A stretch of 64,000 nucleotides of DNA from Prorocentrum cordatum (lineage: Eukaryota): contig CAUYUJ010000310.1 in NCBI GenBank assembly GCA_963575745.1, positions 1-64,000 on the forward strand. The letters are read 5' to 3'. The notes beneath the pieces were generated by a model. It saw nothing but the letters and a program-made list of their open reading frames with translations. It had not been told where the DNA came from and searched no databases. The translations under genes and the position numbers were made by a program. Positions 42,337 through 56,106 of the stretch are shown here, piece after piece. Within the stretch, counting starts at the first letter, position 1; each line of letters starts with the position of its first letter.

Positions 42337-45300
42337 GTTTCGCCCGAAACTGTTTTGCCCGCGGTCGAAAGATGTTCGCGCGAAACCCTTCCGGGCGAAA
42401 CCTTTACCAAAATAGACCGTCACTGGGCGAAATCGTCCCATTGAAAACGACCCGGCGAAAACAACTGGGCGAAAACGATGGGGCAGGCAGAACGAGGCAA
42501 GCGAAAGGCGATCGGGCGAACGCGATCGGGCGAACGCGATCGAACGTACGTGACCGGGCGAAACCGACCGACAGGGCGAAACCGACTGGGCGAAACAGTC
42601 CTGGGCGAAACCGTCCTGGGCGAAACCGGCCGGCCCAACATTACTGGGCGAAAGCAAAGTTGCGAGGCCGATCAAGCGACAACGATGGGGGGAAACGGTT
42701 TCGGCGAAGCCGCGCGACAGAACTCGCTCGGGCGATGCCGCTCGGGGGACTTTGATCGGGAGCATCTTCGTTGCGAATACTGCTCGCTCCTCCTATTCTC
42801 CACTCTCGCTCTCCTGGCTTCTGCCCTTCGTGTGTACTGTTCCTCCTGCCGCATCTTCCTGCTTTCGTTTCGTTTGGCCTTTTCGCTTTTATTTCCCCTC
42901 CTTCTTTGTTTTTGTCCTGGCGCTACTTCAAATCTCCTGCTCCTGTGTTCTCCTCCTGCTTCCTTCTGCACCTGCCGTCCAGCTTTTCTTTTGCCTCGCC
43001 CTCTTCATCCTCTCATCATTTTTCTCGCTTCGTCTGGCATCGCCGTGCTGCGATCTCTTCTTCCTCTCACCACTCTTGTTTCTCTCTCCTCCTCTTCGCA
43101 CTGCTCCCATCGTTTTTTCGGAACGCAGTGCTCGCAAGGATGCCATATCTCTGGCGCATGTGGCTACCTTGGTCGTCTCTTATGCTTTGCGTTACTCGTT
43201 GTTGGTGGGGAAACAATAGCTCGTCTTCTCGCGTACTCTTCCTGGCTCCGTGCTTTTCCTTATGCTATTGTTCTTCCTTCTCCTCATCCGTCTGTGCTTT
43301 TTACTTCATGCTTCCTCTGTTGGCCGATCTTGCGGGGCGGAAGTGCTACTCCGAGGGGTCAGGCGATGCGCCGGGAGATGCGGCATGGGGGCGGGCGGGG
43401 GGGCGCGGGGTCGGAGGGAGCAGGGACGGAAGAGGAGGAGCGCGGAGCAGAAGGTGCAGGACTGGCGAGGAAGACGAGGATAGAGGTACACACGGGGGAT
43501 GAATGGAAAACAGCACTGGCAGCAAGGAAAAACATCTACCTCGAAACGAAACGCTTCGGCGACATTGCTTGGATCAAAAGATCCCGCGACGCCGACTGGG
43601 CGAAAAGGCGAACCCAACTGGGAGAAATTGAACAAGCGAAACCGACCAAGCCAAACCCACATCGCGAAACCGACCAGGCGAAACCGACTGGGCGAAACCG
43701 ACCGGGCGAAACCGCCTGGGCGAAATAGACTGCGAAACCGTCCAGGCGAAATCATCCAAACAAAACCGACTGGGCGAAAACCATGTGGGCGAAAGCCACT
43801 GGGCAAGACACATTAAGCGAACATACCTATGAAGGAGAACACGATGCGAACAACACTGGGCGAAACCGACTGGGCGAACACCACCAGGCGAAACTGTCCC
43901 GGGCGAAACCGTCCCGGGCAAAACTGACTGAACGAAACCGACACTGGGCGAAACAAACACCAAACGAAACCGTCCTGGACGAAACTGTGCAGGGCGAAAC
44001 CGGCAGGGCGAACCAACTGTGCGAAATCCGCAATGGGGAATCCGTCCCAGGTGAAGACGTTACATGACCGACTGGGTGAAGAACGTGAAGCGAAGAGCAC
44101 CGAGCGCAGAACACCGAACGAAGAACACCAGGCGATAACCGACGGGCAAAAACTGACCAAACGAAACCGAACGGGCAAAACCGACACTGAGCGAAACCGT
44201 TCAAGGCGAAACCGCTCCAGGCGAAACCGATGCCGGGCGAAACCGAATGGGCGAGACCGACCAAGCGAAACCGACTTGGCGACATCGACTGGGCGATACC
44301 GACCAGCCAGACGAAACCGACCGGGCGAAGAGGGCCGAGTGAAGAACAACGAGCGAACTGCACTGGGCGAAAAAAACACGGCGAAAGCGACCAAGCGAAA
44401 ACCACCGGGCGAAACGGACCGTGCAAAAACTGCCGGGCGAAACCGACCGGGCCAAACCCTCCAGGCGAAACCGACACCGGGACAAACCGTCCTGGGCGAA
44501 ACCAACCGGGCGAAACCAATCGGGCGAAACACGTATCAAGCGAAACCGACAGCAGGCGAAACCGATGCCGGGCGAAACCTGACCGGGCGAAGCCGACGCC
44601 GAGCGACACCATGTCAGGCAAAATCAACTGGGCACAACCGACTGGGCGAAACCGTCTGAACGCTGACTGGGCGAAACAGACACGAGGCGAAACCGACTGG
44701 GCGAAAACCGCTCGGCGAAAAACACTGGGCGAAAAAAGGACATCAAGCGAAGATCATCGAGCGAAAAATACTGGGCGCAACCGACTGGGCGAAAACCAAT
44801 GGGCGAGAACCTCTGGGCAAAAACGTCCCCAGCGAAACCGTCCTTGGCGAAACCGATGCCGGGCGAGACTTGCCGGGAGAAACCGACTGGGTGAAACCCG
44901 CACCAAGCGACATCTGACTGGGCGAAACCGACACCAGCCGAAACCGACTCGGCGAAACCAGCCAGGCGAAAATCACCAGGCAGAAACCGCCGAGCGAAGA
45001 ACACCAGGCGACAAACATGAAGCGAAGAGCACCAAGCGACCGACCTGGGCGAAACCAATGCTGGGCGAAACCAACCTGGCGGAACCGACCGGGCGAAACC
45101 CGCGACGGGCCCAACCTGGCTGGGCGAATCCGATTGGGAGAAACCGACCGGGCGAAACGGGCCAGGCGGAACCGACCAGGTGAAAATGGCGGGACGACAA
45201 ACAAGAAGCACCGAGCGAAGAACACTGAGCGAAGAGCACTGGGCGAACAAAAAACTGGGCGACACCGACTGGGTGAAATCCACCGGGCAAAAGTCACTGG

Positions 45301-46278
45301 GAGAAACCGACAGGGCAGAACCGACACTGGGCGAAACCATCCTGGGCGAATCCGTCTTGGCGAAACTGTCCCAGGCGAAACCATGCAGGCGAAACCGACC
45401 AAGCGAAACCAAGGCGAAACCTGACTTGGCGAAATCGACTGGGTGGAACCAACCAAGCGAAACCGACCGGGCGAAAACCGCTGCGCAAAAAAACACCGTG
45501 CGAAAACCACCAGGCGAAACCCACACCGACTGGGCGAGACCGACGCCAAGCGAAACCGTCCCGGGTGAAACTGTCTTGGGAAAAATCGAAGCCGGGCGAA
45601 ACCCGAACTGGGCGAAGCCGACCGGGCGAAACTCGAACCCGGCGAAACCTGACTGGGCGAACACGAAAGGCAGGGCGAAACAAGCCAAGGGAAACCAAGG
45701 GGCGAAACCGACCGGGCCAAGCCGTCCGGGCGAAAGCCACCGGGCTAAACCGTCCAAGGCAAAACCGTCCCGGGCGAAACCGATGCGGCGCGAAACCAGC
45801 TGGGCGGAACGAAGCAGGCTCACCAAACGAAGCCCGCACCGGGCGAAACAGTCGACTGGGCGAAACCGACTGGGCGAAACCAACCAGACGATACCGACCG
45901 GGCGAAAATCGCTGGGCGAAAATCACTGAGCGAAAAGCAGTAAGCGAAGAGAACCGAGCAAAAAACATCGAACGAAGAGCACGGGGCGACAACCACCGGG
46001 CGAAACCGACCAGGCGAAAACCGACCTGGCGAAAACCACCAAGCGAAAACTATCGGGCGACACCAACTGGGTGAAACCAACGCCAAGCGAAACCGACTCC
46101 AAACGAAACCGTCCCGGGCGAAAGCGTCCCGAGTGAAACCGATGCCAGGCGAAACAAACCGGGCGAAATCGGCCAAGCGAAACCGACACCAGGCGAAACC
46201 GTCGCCAAAGCGAAACTGTCCTGGGCGGAACCGATGCCGGGGGCGAAACCGACCAGGCGAACCCCGCGCTGGGCGAAA
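42337..46278. repeat. Degenerate satellite of (CT)GGGCGAAACCGA-type units, interrupted at ~42720-43540
   Basis: Very many GGCGAAAC cores in one orientation at ~15-25-bp spacing. Confidence 0.92.
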
Positions 46279-47383
46279 CATAACCTGTCCTTCTAGAGTC
46301 CCCCCGCCTTGCCGGCCTAACAGGCCGCCCTGCCCGCCTCCCGGCGCGCCGCCGAAGTGGGTGTGGAGACGGCACGTTCAGCGGAGTCCGCTGCCATACA
46401 GCAGAGGTCACACCGAGCATGCGATCTGCTGCCCCCTCAGATCGCAGTCTAGCACAATAATGAAATTGGTTGAGAAGATCCCCTGCTTCCCCCGGCCCCT
46501 CCCCCTCACTCCGTCTCCTTCCTTCCGTCGCTCCCTCCCTCATCCCTACCTCCCCCCTCGCCTCCCCGCTCCCCTCCAGTATCCTCTGCTGTCCATCCCT
46601 ATCTCTTTCATTATGTCTTTCACACTGTTCCCCCCTCCCCCAAGGACTCGCCCGTCTCCTTTCCCTCGTCCCCGAGAACGCACATGTAGCATGCAAATGT
46701 CGTCCTCTTCTCCTCTTTCCTATCCCTCGCGTCCCGTCAAGGCCCTGGGGACATTGCAGAAACCAAGAGATTGGCGCACCCACGGAAACTGCAGCTGTGG
46801 GTCGAAATGATATCCCATCTTCATCTCGTCGCGCTAGATCTGGCAATGTTCTGTTTTGCTATAGTGCTCTGGTCTCCGGAGCCTCGATCCCGCCCCCCTC
46901 CCCCGACACCAGCGCCAACTCCTCCTCTTCCCTCTTCCCCTCACCGCCCCTCCCCCCGACCGTACAGGGGTTGCGCGCAACTGTCTGGGGCTCTGTGGCC
47001 GCCATTTCCTCAAGCAGCTGCGGGGAAGGTATGCAACGTAAAAGTTCGATGGTGTGGGTACGGAACAGCGATCGAATAAGAGGAGGAGGATTTTTAAAGA
47101 AGACGACGGAGGTGGACCCAGATCTGGAGTTGTGGCAAGAGGAAGAGTGAGAGCAGGAGCCGAAGTCGAGCTGGCCAGCTCAAACGAATCAGCGGGCCCC
47201 GCACGCCCCTGGCCGTCGCCCCATAACTTGAAAGTCAATGCTGTCACAAATGGATGTTGGGACTGGCGCGCGCTCCAACTCAGCCAGCGGAAGGGGATCA
47301 CGCGCGCTCGAGTAGGCTACCTATACGACCACCCTTCGGGTGATAAGGAGGTTATGTGGGGGGGGGGAGGAGGGGAACCAACA

Positions 47384-47892
47384 TCTCACTCAATCGATCT
47401 TACTATCGATCACACTCAACGGGACACCACGGGACACTACGGGACACTTGTCGATCTCACTATCGATCTCACTATCGATCTCACTATCGATCTCACTTAA
47501 CGGGACACCACGGGCCACCACGGGCCACCACGGGACACTACGGGACACCGCGGGACACCTCTCGATCTCACTATCGGTCTCACTATCGATCTCACTGTCG
47601 ATCTCACTCAGCGGGACACCATAGGACATCACGGGACACCTCGGGACACCACATCGATCTCACTATCGATCTCACTGTCGATCTCACTATCGATCTCACT
47701 CAACGGGACACCACGGGACAACTCGGGACACCTGTCGATCTCACTATCGATCTCACTGTCGATCTCTCTCAGCGAGACACCACGGGACACCACGGAACAC
47801 CTCGGGGCACCACATCGATCTCAATATCGATCTCACTGTCGATCTCACTCAACGGGACACCACGGGACACCACGGGACACCGGCGGGACACT
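47384..47892. repeat. Compound satellite: (ATCGATCTCACT)n blocks alternating with (CGGGACACCA)n blocks
   Basis: About six alternations of 12-mer and 10-mer arrays. Confidence 0.92.
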
Positions 47893-49631
47893 GGGGCCAC
47901 CGGCCGCCGGAGGAGAAACATTTGGTCCGGCCGCGGCCCAGCAACTGGAGGATTTCCTCTCGCCCGCCCACGCAGCTTCGCCTCGCCCGCACGCGCGCAC
48001 GGCACGCACGACACGAACCCGAAACCGAAATCGATTTCCCGGTAGGGGTGTTTCCGTTTCACGTCGGACTCACCCCCCAACCTCCGATACTTGCATGGCG
48101 CCGCAAAAGCTGTAGGGGCACAGTGGTGCGGCTTATCTAGTATGGCTATTTTGCTAGGTTTAGATTTGATGTCTTATTTCAAATGGCTTTACTCATATGA
48201 CATAGCTTGCAATGCGTATCTTGTACGTCTTAGTTCGAAGGGTTTACTGTGCCTGGTTTATGTTGTATGGCGTCTTTTTGTCTGGCTTAATATGCATGCC
48301 TTGCTGCTTCCTCGAACTCACTTTACACCGCTCTCTCAAACCAGCAATTGTCCCGTCGGCTTATCTTAGCAGGGGCTCCATGTTTGGGACTAGTTTAGCT
48401 TATCCTAGATTGTGTATTGAATACTGCATCTTTTGTATTGCTTTTCCAACACCGTTTACCTGGTTTGTATTATAGGTGTACGGCTTACCTAGTCTTTTCA
48501 GCTGATACGCTTACTTATTATGTTTTTTTACTGTAAGGCTTACTTGGTACAAATTTACTCAAACCCATCTCATACAGCTTCGTTCGGACTCTTCAACTGC
48601 GCCAGTGGAAACTTGTTTCGCTGGAAGTTCTTCGCGTGGTTTCTGTGTCGGGTACAATTTCAATTCAAATTAGCTTTGGTTCGAGCGAGCTAATTGCCTG
48701 CGCCGCGATGGCCCCAGGCTGTACCATACGTGTTCTGACTTGAGCGCTGGCTATTGGGATTCTATTTCATTTTGTTCCTAATTGGTGAACGCCGGGGTCT
48801 GCTACGCGGGGCGTGCGTGCCCATCGTCGTCTTCGTCGGCGGCTTGGCAGGCAGCTCGTTCTGCTCTTCCTCAGTGGCTGTTGCAGCGGTACCCATGGGA
48901 TTCTCCGTGGTGACTTTCTTTACCTCTACACGTTGCGAGATGTCTTTTGGTTTTTTTCACATCTCTACTTGTGGCGACGTTATGCCTTCGCGTCATCATC
49001 TCCACAAGGTCCGTTACTGTCTGGACCAATATTCTTTGCCACTGTTGGGGATGACGTCTGTCCGAAAATGCTATGTGATGCTGCGCAACTGTACGCAGTG
49101 GTCGCACTCGGTGGCGACCAGCTACTTTGGTTTGTCGTAGCTGTTCTTTGTTGTCGTATGTTTCACCGTGCAACTTCGTTTTTGTGCTGGTTTCTTCATG
49201 CGCGCTATGGCTCGCTGGTTGTTTTTTTGTTTGCGCGGTTTTCGAAATGGGCCTCGCTGTAGATTCACTTGTATGCGGCGTTGGCGAGGGCGCGGTGCAG
49301 TGTTCTTGCCTCAAAGTGGTTTGGGTCTTCTTCAATGTCTTCATGGTGTTGGTCCTGGCCGCGCCCGCTCTGAGTTGCTCTTAGCTGTTGAAGAACATAT
49401 TCCGTATTCAATACGTCGCAGCTAATACCAGAACTATGTGTCTTGCACTGCTTTGCTGAACGGCAATTGTTCGCCTGGGACTTGTTAGCGCAGGTTCTGC
49501 GATTCCGCGTGCGAGGCTGGTATGGCTTCGTTCGTGTGGTTTAGCTTGCATAGGTTCTGGATCCCACCCGCGCGTCAGCCAGTCGTCCCAGCGCAGCTCT
49601 GGCGGCGCGCCTCGCGGCAGGCGCGCCTCGC

Positions 49632-51200
49632 CTAGTCCCCCTGCAGGCGCGAGGACGCATCCACAGGATTCTTGGCCGACGGCGCGAAGCCGAAGACGCC
49701 CCGCGCGCCAATCGCCAGCTCCAGAGCAGAGTAGGCGCGCGCCACCTTGTTGAGCTGGTTGCTGCTGGAGCGGTGCTTGCTCAGCGCACGCATGTTGACC
49801 CATGCTGTCCAAAAGGTGCAAGAACGCGCGGCCCCTCACAGACGTCGCCCGGGCTCGCAACCGCAGCGCCATGAGCGACGCCTCGCACTCCAAGGTGTTG
49901 ATGTGCGTACCAATCTCGTGCCGCACCATTTGCGTTGCAACGCTCCAGTGCCAGTTCCGCGTCCACCTCCTGCCATAGGGAAATATTGCCAAGCACCCCT
50001 GAATTAATATCAATTCTCAAGTCGGTGCCATTGTGATGGCAATTTGTGACGAGCGCGGCCGCCACGCGCTACCCCTGGCTGAAAGGGCGCCATTCACCGC
50101 CTCCGCGCGGCGCCAGCCCCACCATCAGCACGCCCGCGTAGCACGGGGCGTTAGGAGGGCAGTGGCAGAGCAGCCGCGCGCCTCGCAGCTCCTCCAGCGC
50201 CTCGAGGAGCTCGGGCTGCCTGCGGAGCCAACCCGCGTGCGTAACCGCCGCGTCGCTCGCCGCCTGCTCCGGCACCGCGGGGAACGGGCTGTTCCGCACC
50301 GTCGGCGCCTACCCCCAGCGGCTCGAGCCGCCCCCGACGTTGGCCGCGCCTCTCCCGGCGAGCTCCTGCTGGCCGAGGCCCTCCTCCGCCCCCGCCTCGC
50401 GGCCACTCCACAGCGCCGCGCCGCCTGTCCAGAGCCCGAGGCCGCCAACCCCGCTGCGCGAGCTGTCGCGGAGCGCGCTCAGCGCAGACGTAGCCGCCGG
50501 CCAGCAGCCCGGCCCGCGCGGCGCAGTGGCCAAAGACCTACGCGACGACCTCGCATTAGAACGACATCTCGATGAGGGAGCGGCGCAGCGCCTCGGACTT
50601 CTCGGGCTCCGCCTTGGCCCTCGCGCTGGTCATGCACGGGGCCGCGCAGCCGCGCGGGCGGCCCATCGGCGCCTCCCTGACCAGCGTGGGCCGACGTGCT
50701 GGTGCTCCACAGCACGTTCGGCCGGGTACCTGTGAAGGTGGGCGCCGCGGATTTTGGGTGGGTCCGCCGCCCTCGCGCGCGCTGGCTCTTCAGGGCCCCC
50801 CCCTGCCGTCCTTCGGGGCAGCGGCGTTCGAGATGCCCGCGCAGGCTGCTCCAAGCGTTCAGCGAGCCTGCCGAGCCACACTGGAGACGGTGCTGCCGCC
50901 GGCGTCGGGGTGGCTGCCGCGGGGGAGCCGCTGGCTGGGCGAGGCCGAGGGCGAGCGTCTCCCGGCGTTCGCGCTGGGCGCCGCGGAGCCTGCCGACCCC
51001 CAGGCCAGCCAGCATCAAGGACTGCGCGCCGACGGAGCTCAAGCGCTGGGAGGCCGCACGCTACACTGCCCCGCCATGCCAGCTCCACGAAACGGACTGC
51101 TATCACCTTGCGGTCCACACGAAGCAAGACGTGATCCTGTTAGGGGTCCATCTGCCACGAACCCGTTCGAGATGCGACCGTGCTCCCTCAACTTCTAGGC
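49632..51200 (-). mobile_element. Degraded DIRS-like retrotransposon remnant: DUF4326-like segment (~50120-50355) and DIRS-type RNase H (~49632-49960); no RT seen
   Basis: HINTLECEA..AFLHLLDS..LSKHRSSS..LNK..SAKNPVDASSR across a frameshift; LEELRGARLLCHCPPNAPCYAGVL. Confidence 0.65.
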
Positions 51201-52619
51201 GAGGTCTTGGGGGTCGGCGAGCTTGATATTCCGAGGTTGTATCTTGTCATCGAGTTCGGCTGACATATTTTCACGAGGCCCTGGCAGGCCGCCGAGGGCC
51301 CCCTGGTCCTCCCCTCGGAATCTTGCCAACATACTCAGAAGCCTCCTCGACTTCATAAGAGGTCCCGCGTGGGCTTCCCGCGAAGCCTCTTGGGCCTGTG
51401 CTGTCGCTGTTTCTTCTCCACTTCGTCTGCCTTTGGTGCCAGCAGAAGTTATCGTCCCTTGTAAAACGTGTCATCCTTCAACCCTCCGAATAGAAACTCG
51501 CATTATGGTACGCGTATCCGACGCGTCAAACAACAAGTTGGGACTTTGAAAGAAGGTCCTGAAATCGACGTTATGTTTTTCCTTCGCCGGTGCTCGGCAC
51601 ACTTTGCGTCACTTTCAGTGCTACCTACTTGCACCCGACTATAATGCAAGACTGTTCGGACATCCCACGTCGCTCTCATATACACATGCGTACGCACGAG
51701 GGAGTACTTCTGAAGGCGGCACTTGGGGCCAATTTCTGTCCATAGGGCCGCGCATGGGGGCATTACATAGGGGCAGTACGTGGAAGGCGATGCAGGGGAC
51801 GGGGGGCAACACATGCGGGCATGAAACGAAGGCAAAACATGGGGTGAGACTCGTACTCGGGAATGCGCAGCGGTGGCCAAGGAGCCTCCGCCCATCTCCG
51901 CGCCCTTTTGCTCTCATCCGCACATGCGGGCGGATCAGAGTACGGCGGATTCGTGTCGTCACGACCTCGGCGTTGGCTTCTGACACCGCGTATTTAAGTC
52001 ATTCAATCTTCATCGATCGGCGGCTTTTGCATCACCAGGTCGTCCCACATTGGCAGACTTTGTGTCACCGGCTGCTTTCAGTCTTGAACCCTCGCGCTGG
52101 TTTCGCAGCCGCGTCGACACGACACGAATCTACCGTACACACACACACGCACACGTGCTAAAGAACAGTGCGCCGACGTTGCAGATCTCCCCCGCGCAAC
52201 ACGGCGCCGCCGGCGGCAGAGACCTAGGGCTCCTAAGGCGCCCGCCCCCGGCCTTCCCAAATCGCTGGGGAACGGGCCCGGGCCTCGCACCCTACCGTCG
52301 CAAGAGCCGCTCTCCCTGCTCCCTCTGCTGTTCTGCCCCCTCCTCCTCCTCCTCCTCCTCCCCGTGCTCCTCTCCATTGTCCAGCTCGTCCTCCTCTTCC
52401 TCGTGGTCGCCATCGTCTGCCTCCCCGTCCCCCTGCTCCACGATCCTGCTCCTCCTTCCCCTCCCCTCTGCGCCTCCCGCTCCTCCCTCCTATCGATCCC
52501 CCCATCTTCTTGCTCATCATGCTTCTCCTGCTCCTGCTCCTTGTCCTGTTCCCCTCTTGTCCCTCTCCTCCATCAAAGCGTGTGTCAATCTTACCCCTCT
52601 TCACCTCGGGAACCATTAT

Positions 52620-52728
52620 TGACTAGATGGTTTTGAACCAACACGACTGCGGAGCGAATCCGCCCCTCACAATCTCTCTCAGTTCCTTACCAAGGGTTAT
52701 GTAGAATGCACTGCTACACTCCTCCTCG
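52620..52728 (-). repeat. Candidate Copia-C PPT (GAGGAGGAG) and short 3' LTR starting with TG at 52718
   Basis: Minus strand reads GAGGAGGAG|TGTAGCAG...CTAGTCA downstream of the pol stop; the partner LTR is outside the window, so the end is unverified. Confidence 0.4.
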
Positions 52729-52833
52729 GCCAGGCGCCCTCGCGCCGCCGCCGAACAGCAGGCATTGAAACGCAAGCAGGCGCCCTCGCGCCTTCACGTC
52801 TTTCCTCGGCCGAACCTCCGGCCCAAGTCGTAA

Positions 52834-55800
52834 CTAAACCGCTGCCCTCAGGGAGAGCTCACTTCTACCCTCTTGAATCACAAACCCGCACTTGTCCATG
52901 AAGAAATCGATCTTGTCGCCGCTCAAGTGCTTCGTCATCAGGTCAGCAGTATTGAGCTCGCCTGGAACCTTATTCAACTTCGCAAGCTTCTCGTGGTAGA
53001 TAGCTTGAACCCATAGATACTGTGTATATAAGTGCCGCACCTTCCCAGCACCAAGCCTGAGCGCCATGCCACGCCCGGCTGTCGCATCCGTCTCGATGGC
53101 TAGGCCTTTCGTCATGCCGTAGTCCTTGCACATGCTTTGAGCGCCAAGTCCCACGCTCGTCCCTCGAACAATCGCATAAAACTCCGACTCGCCACTCGAT
53201 GAGGCAATCACAGACTGTGTGTTGGCGGTCGCCTTGAGCAGATGAACTCCATGATAAAGTGCAACTCCAGTAGTGCTCCTCCTTGTCAGCACGCAGCCCG
53301 CATGGTCTGAGTCGCAGTCTACCGTGATCTCGTCCGGCTCGTCCTGCTGGATGAACCGCTGTACTATTCTCGGCCGGCGTAGCAAGTAGCGTCCGATCCT
53401 CTTCACCATCTCCATGGCCACCTCGGTCGGCTTGTTCATCCACCTGGCCGCTTCCTTCGCCGCGTAGAGCAGGTCGATCCTGTCCATCGCGAGGTAGTTG
53501 ATGCGCATGCAGACGCTCCTGTATAGCGCCGCCTCTGCAGTACCAAGCGAAGGAGATTCAAGCAGCTCCTCCGCCGTCCTCTTGATGCCTGGCGATGTCA
53601 CCGCCTTGCTGCCCTTGTCGAGTCCGAGCTTCAGCGGGCTCGTGACGATCTCGACGTGACGGGCGTCAGCTTCCCACTCCAAACACGGAACGCCGGCCTC
53701 GGTCTTGTTTAGCCTGACGATCCTGTTGAGCAGCGTGATCTCCCGCAGGTCGCCGTCATCCCAACCAAGAACTCCTCGAACCTTCACAAGCAATCGCTTG
53801 GATAGCTCGGTCTTGAACCACTCCAGAGCGTCATCATCGCCCTCGCTCACGAAGTCGTCCCCGTGGTAGAACAACAATGCGTTCCTCTCGTCGTGCCTGC
53901 GCAGGCACGGGCAGAATACGCCGATTTTGAAACCCATCTTTCGCAGCACCTCCATCACCTCGTCAGCGAAGTTGGCCGCTGCGTCCCTCGTACCGTACAT
54001 GCTCTTGAGCAGCAGCGCGCAATATCCTTCTCGGTGCCGTTCAGGAGGTAGCTGAACAAACACTCGTCGCCGAGCGGGACTGTGGAAGTGCGCCCTACTG
54101 ATATCGATGAACATCAACTTGCGCCTCCGGCAGTCGCCCCGCTTTCGGCTCATCATCTTGCTGAACAGCATCTTGACACCCTCCTGCGGCGGGGTCGCCG
54201 AGAACACATCATCCCGGAAGATCCCAGCCCTCTGCTGCGCGCTCTTCAGCTCCTTTGCAACCGGCCTGCACCGTATCTCCGGGCGCTCCGTATCGCCCTT
54301 GTTGACGTCTACCCACTTGACTGGGATGGGCTTCGCCCTGGTCTCCTCCCAACAGAGAGACTCCGGGACCTCCTGGAGCACCTCCATGTCGTCCATGTAC
54401 TTGATCTCCTCCTCCCTGCCGGCCCGCGCCATCTTCGCGTCCAGCAGCTGGCCCGAGATATTGTCACGGAGCTCCTCGTACTCCTCCATGTCCCAATTCA
54501 CGGCGTCCTCCTCGCAGGTGACGCCCACGGTGAACGCGCTCAGGTCACCGTTGACCCTCGGCTGGGCCGTCAGACCCCTGAGTATTGCCGCCACTGGGGC
54601 AGGCGGGTAGTTCTGCGCCGGTCGCGTCCTCGCACTGCCAACCAGCGGTACATGAGCATGCAACTGGCTCCTGGGCAGACTCTCGTTCTCGCACCTACGG
54701 GATACTTCAGCCAAAATACAGGGTGAAATGCTCAGCCAGCCGGTGGGCTTGAGGACCAGCCCCACCTCGCCATCGTAGTCGACCGTCTGCTGGCCGAAGC
54801 AGCATTGGTGTCCCGTCACGCGTGAGACACCCTCCATCTCCATCAGCTCGACCATGAAGTCTAGCTTCCAACTCCAAGCTTGATCAGGATGTTCGTGCAG
54901 GAAGTAGCGTCCTTCTCGCACTTGCTTCTTGTACTGCCTCACGCAGAATCGAAGGTGCCTGATGCCCTCGATGACCTTCCGCTCGTACTCCTCTGGGTCG
55001 CGGTCCTTGTTCAGGTTCATGATGGCGCTGAAAGCTCTGCACATCGGCGACCCAATCTGGACGTGCGGCCTCTCATGGTCGATGATCTTCTCGCACAGCA
55101 CCTGTCGGTCGGGATCCGACAGATCCCACTGCACTCCGTTCTCGTCCTTCAGGCGCAGGTCGAACGCGTGCCCCGGGTTGAGGCCAAACGACTCCGCCCT
55201 GCTGGTGAACTTGCCCAGCCCGAACAGCTCCGACACGTGCACGCCGAAGAAGCCCAGATCCTTCACGAGGTCCTCGACCTCCCCCAGCAGGTTGGCGTCC
55301 ATGGTCTGCTCCACGCCTCGCGGCCCTTGACTATCAGCTAGCCGCTTCAAGGTCGTCCTCGAGCTCTCGTCCATCGCCTCCTGCGGTCCTGGGGTCACCT
55401 GGGTCTCGGCTTGCCTCTTCACGCCCGAGCCTGAGCCCTTGGTGAAGATCTCTCCTCCGAGCGCAGCGTGGACCAGCGCGCTCGATACTGAAATATCTTG
55501 ACCATGCTTAGCAGGTTGAGCTTGCCCAGCTGCCGTCCCTGCTGTGGCCGGTCTAGCAGCCGAGGATGGCGCTCTGCCGCTGCCTCCTCCGGTTGCCTCC
55601 TCCACGTCGACCGCCTGCTTCTCAGCCGCTCTCTTGATTCCTTGCCGTTCCTCGGCCATCCTTACTCGCTTCCTCATCTCGAAGTCATCCTCCATGAGCT
55701 TCGTGATCCTTGCCCTGCAGGCCTCACTGTGGCTGCGAGCTGGGAAGCCCAGGGCGTAGCTCTCGCATCCGATGCACCCCTCGGTCTTCCCGAACTTCTT

Positions 55801-56106
55801 GATCTCCACCTCGTTGCGGATGTGCACTCGCCTCGGTCCAGGAACTCCTCCTGCACCCGTTCCCGGCCGCAGTGTCCGCGGCTCAACTGGTAGAGGCGCC
55901 TCGTCGGACGCCTTCGCGATCGGGAATCGCGCCGCCGGCGCGTCCTCCCCGTCCTTGGTCACACCTGGCACTGGCCGCCATGGTGTGCCCTGCAGCTTCT
56001 TCAGCAGCTCGCCATTGTAGCGGTCGTCTCCGGCCTTCCGCTTGACAGCCCTGGCCCTGGCCACTCCCGACTCCAAGCCGATGTGCAGCTCCTGGCTCTT
56101 CAGCTG
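52834..56106 (-). mobile_element. pol: Copia-C pol 3' half: post-integrase region, DNMT-like domain (~54570-55243), RT, RNase H; interrupted by Copia-B
   Basis: SELFG, GSPMC, HEHP, HQCCFG..KPT; KWVDVNKG, IDISRAHF, LKSMYGTRDAA, HGDD (53854-53865); DSDHAG..RRSTTG, SSGESE, ADLMTK. The frame is open right up to 56106. Confidence 0.92.

Noticed and set aside
43306..46281. Many overlapping ORFs (VSPGRFR / AKPTGRNR)
   Set aside because: These are translations of the satellite
42337..47892. CRISPR-like appearance of the repeat arrays
   Set aside because: No constant-length repeats with unique spacers, no cas genes, and the context is eukaryotic
48090..49500. Short ORFs in the AT-richer stretch
   Set aside because: No recognisable motifs; probably non-coding
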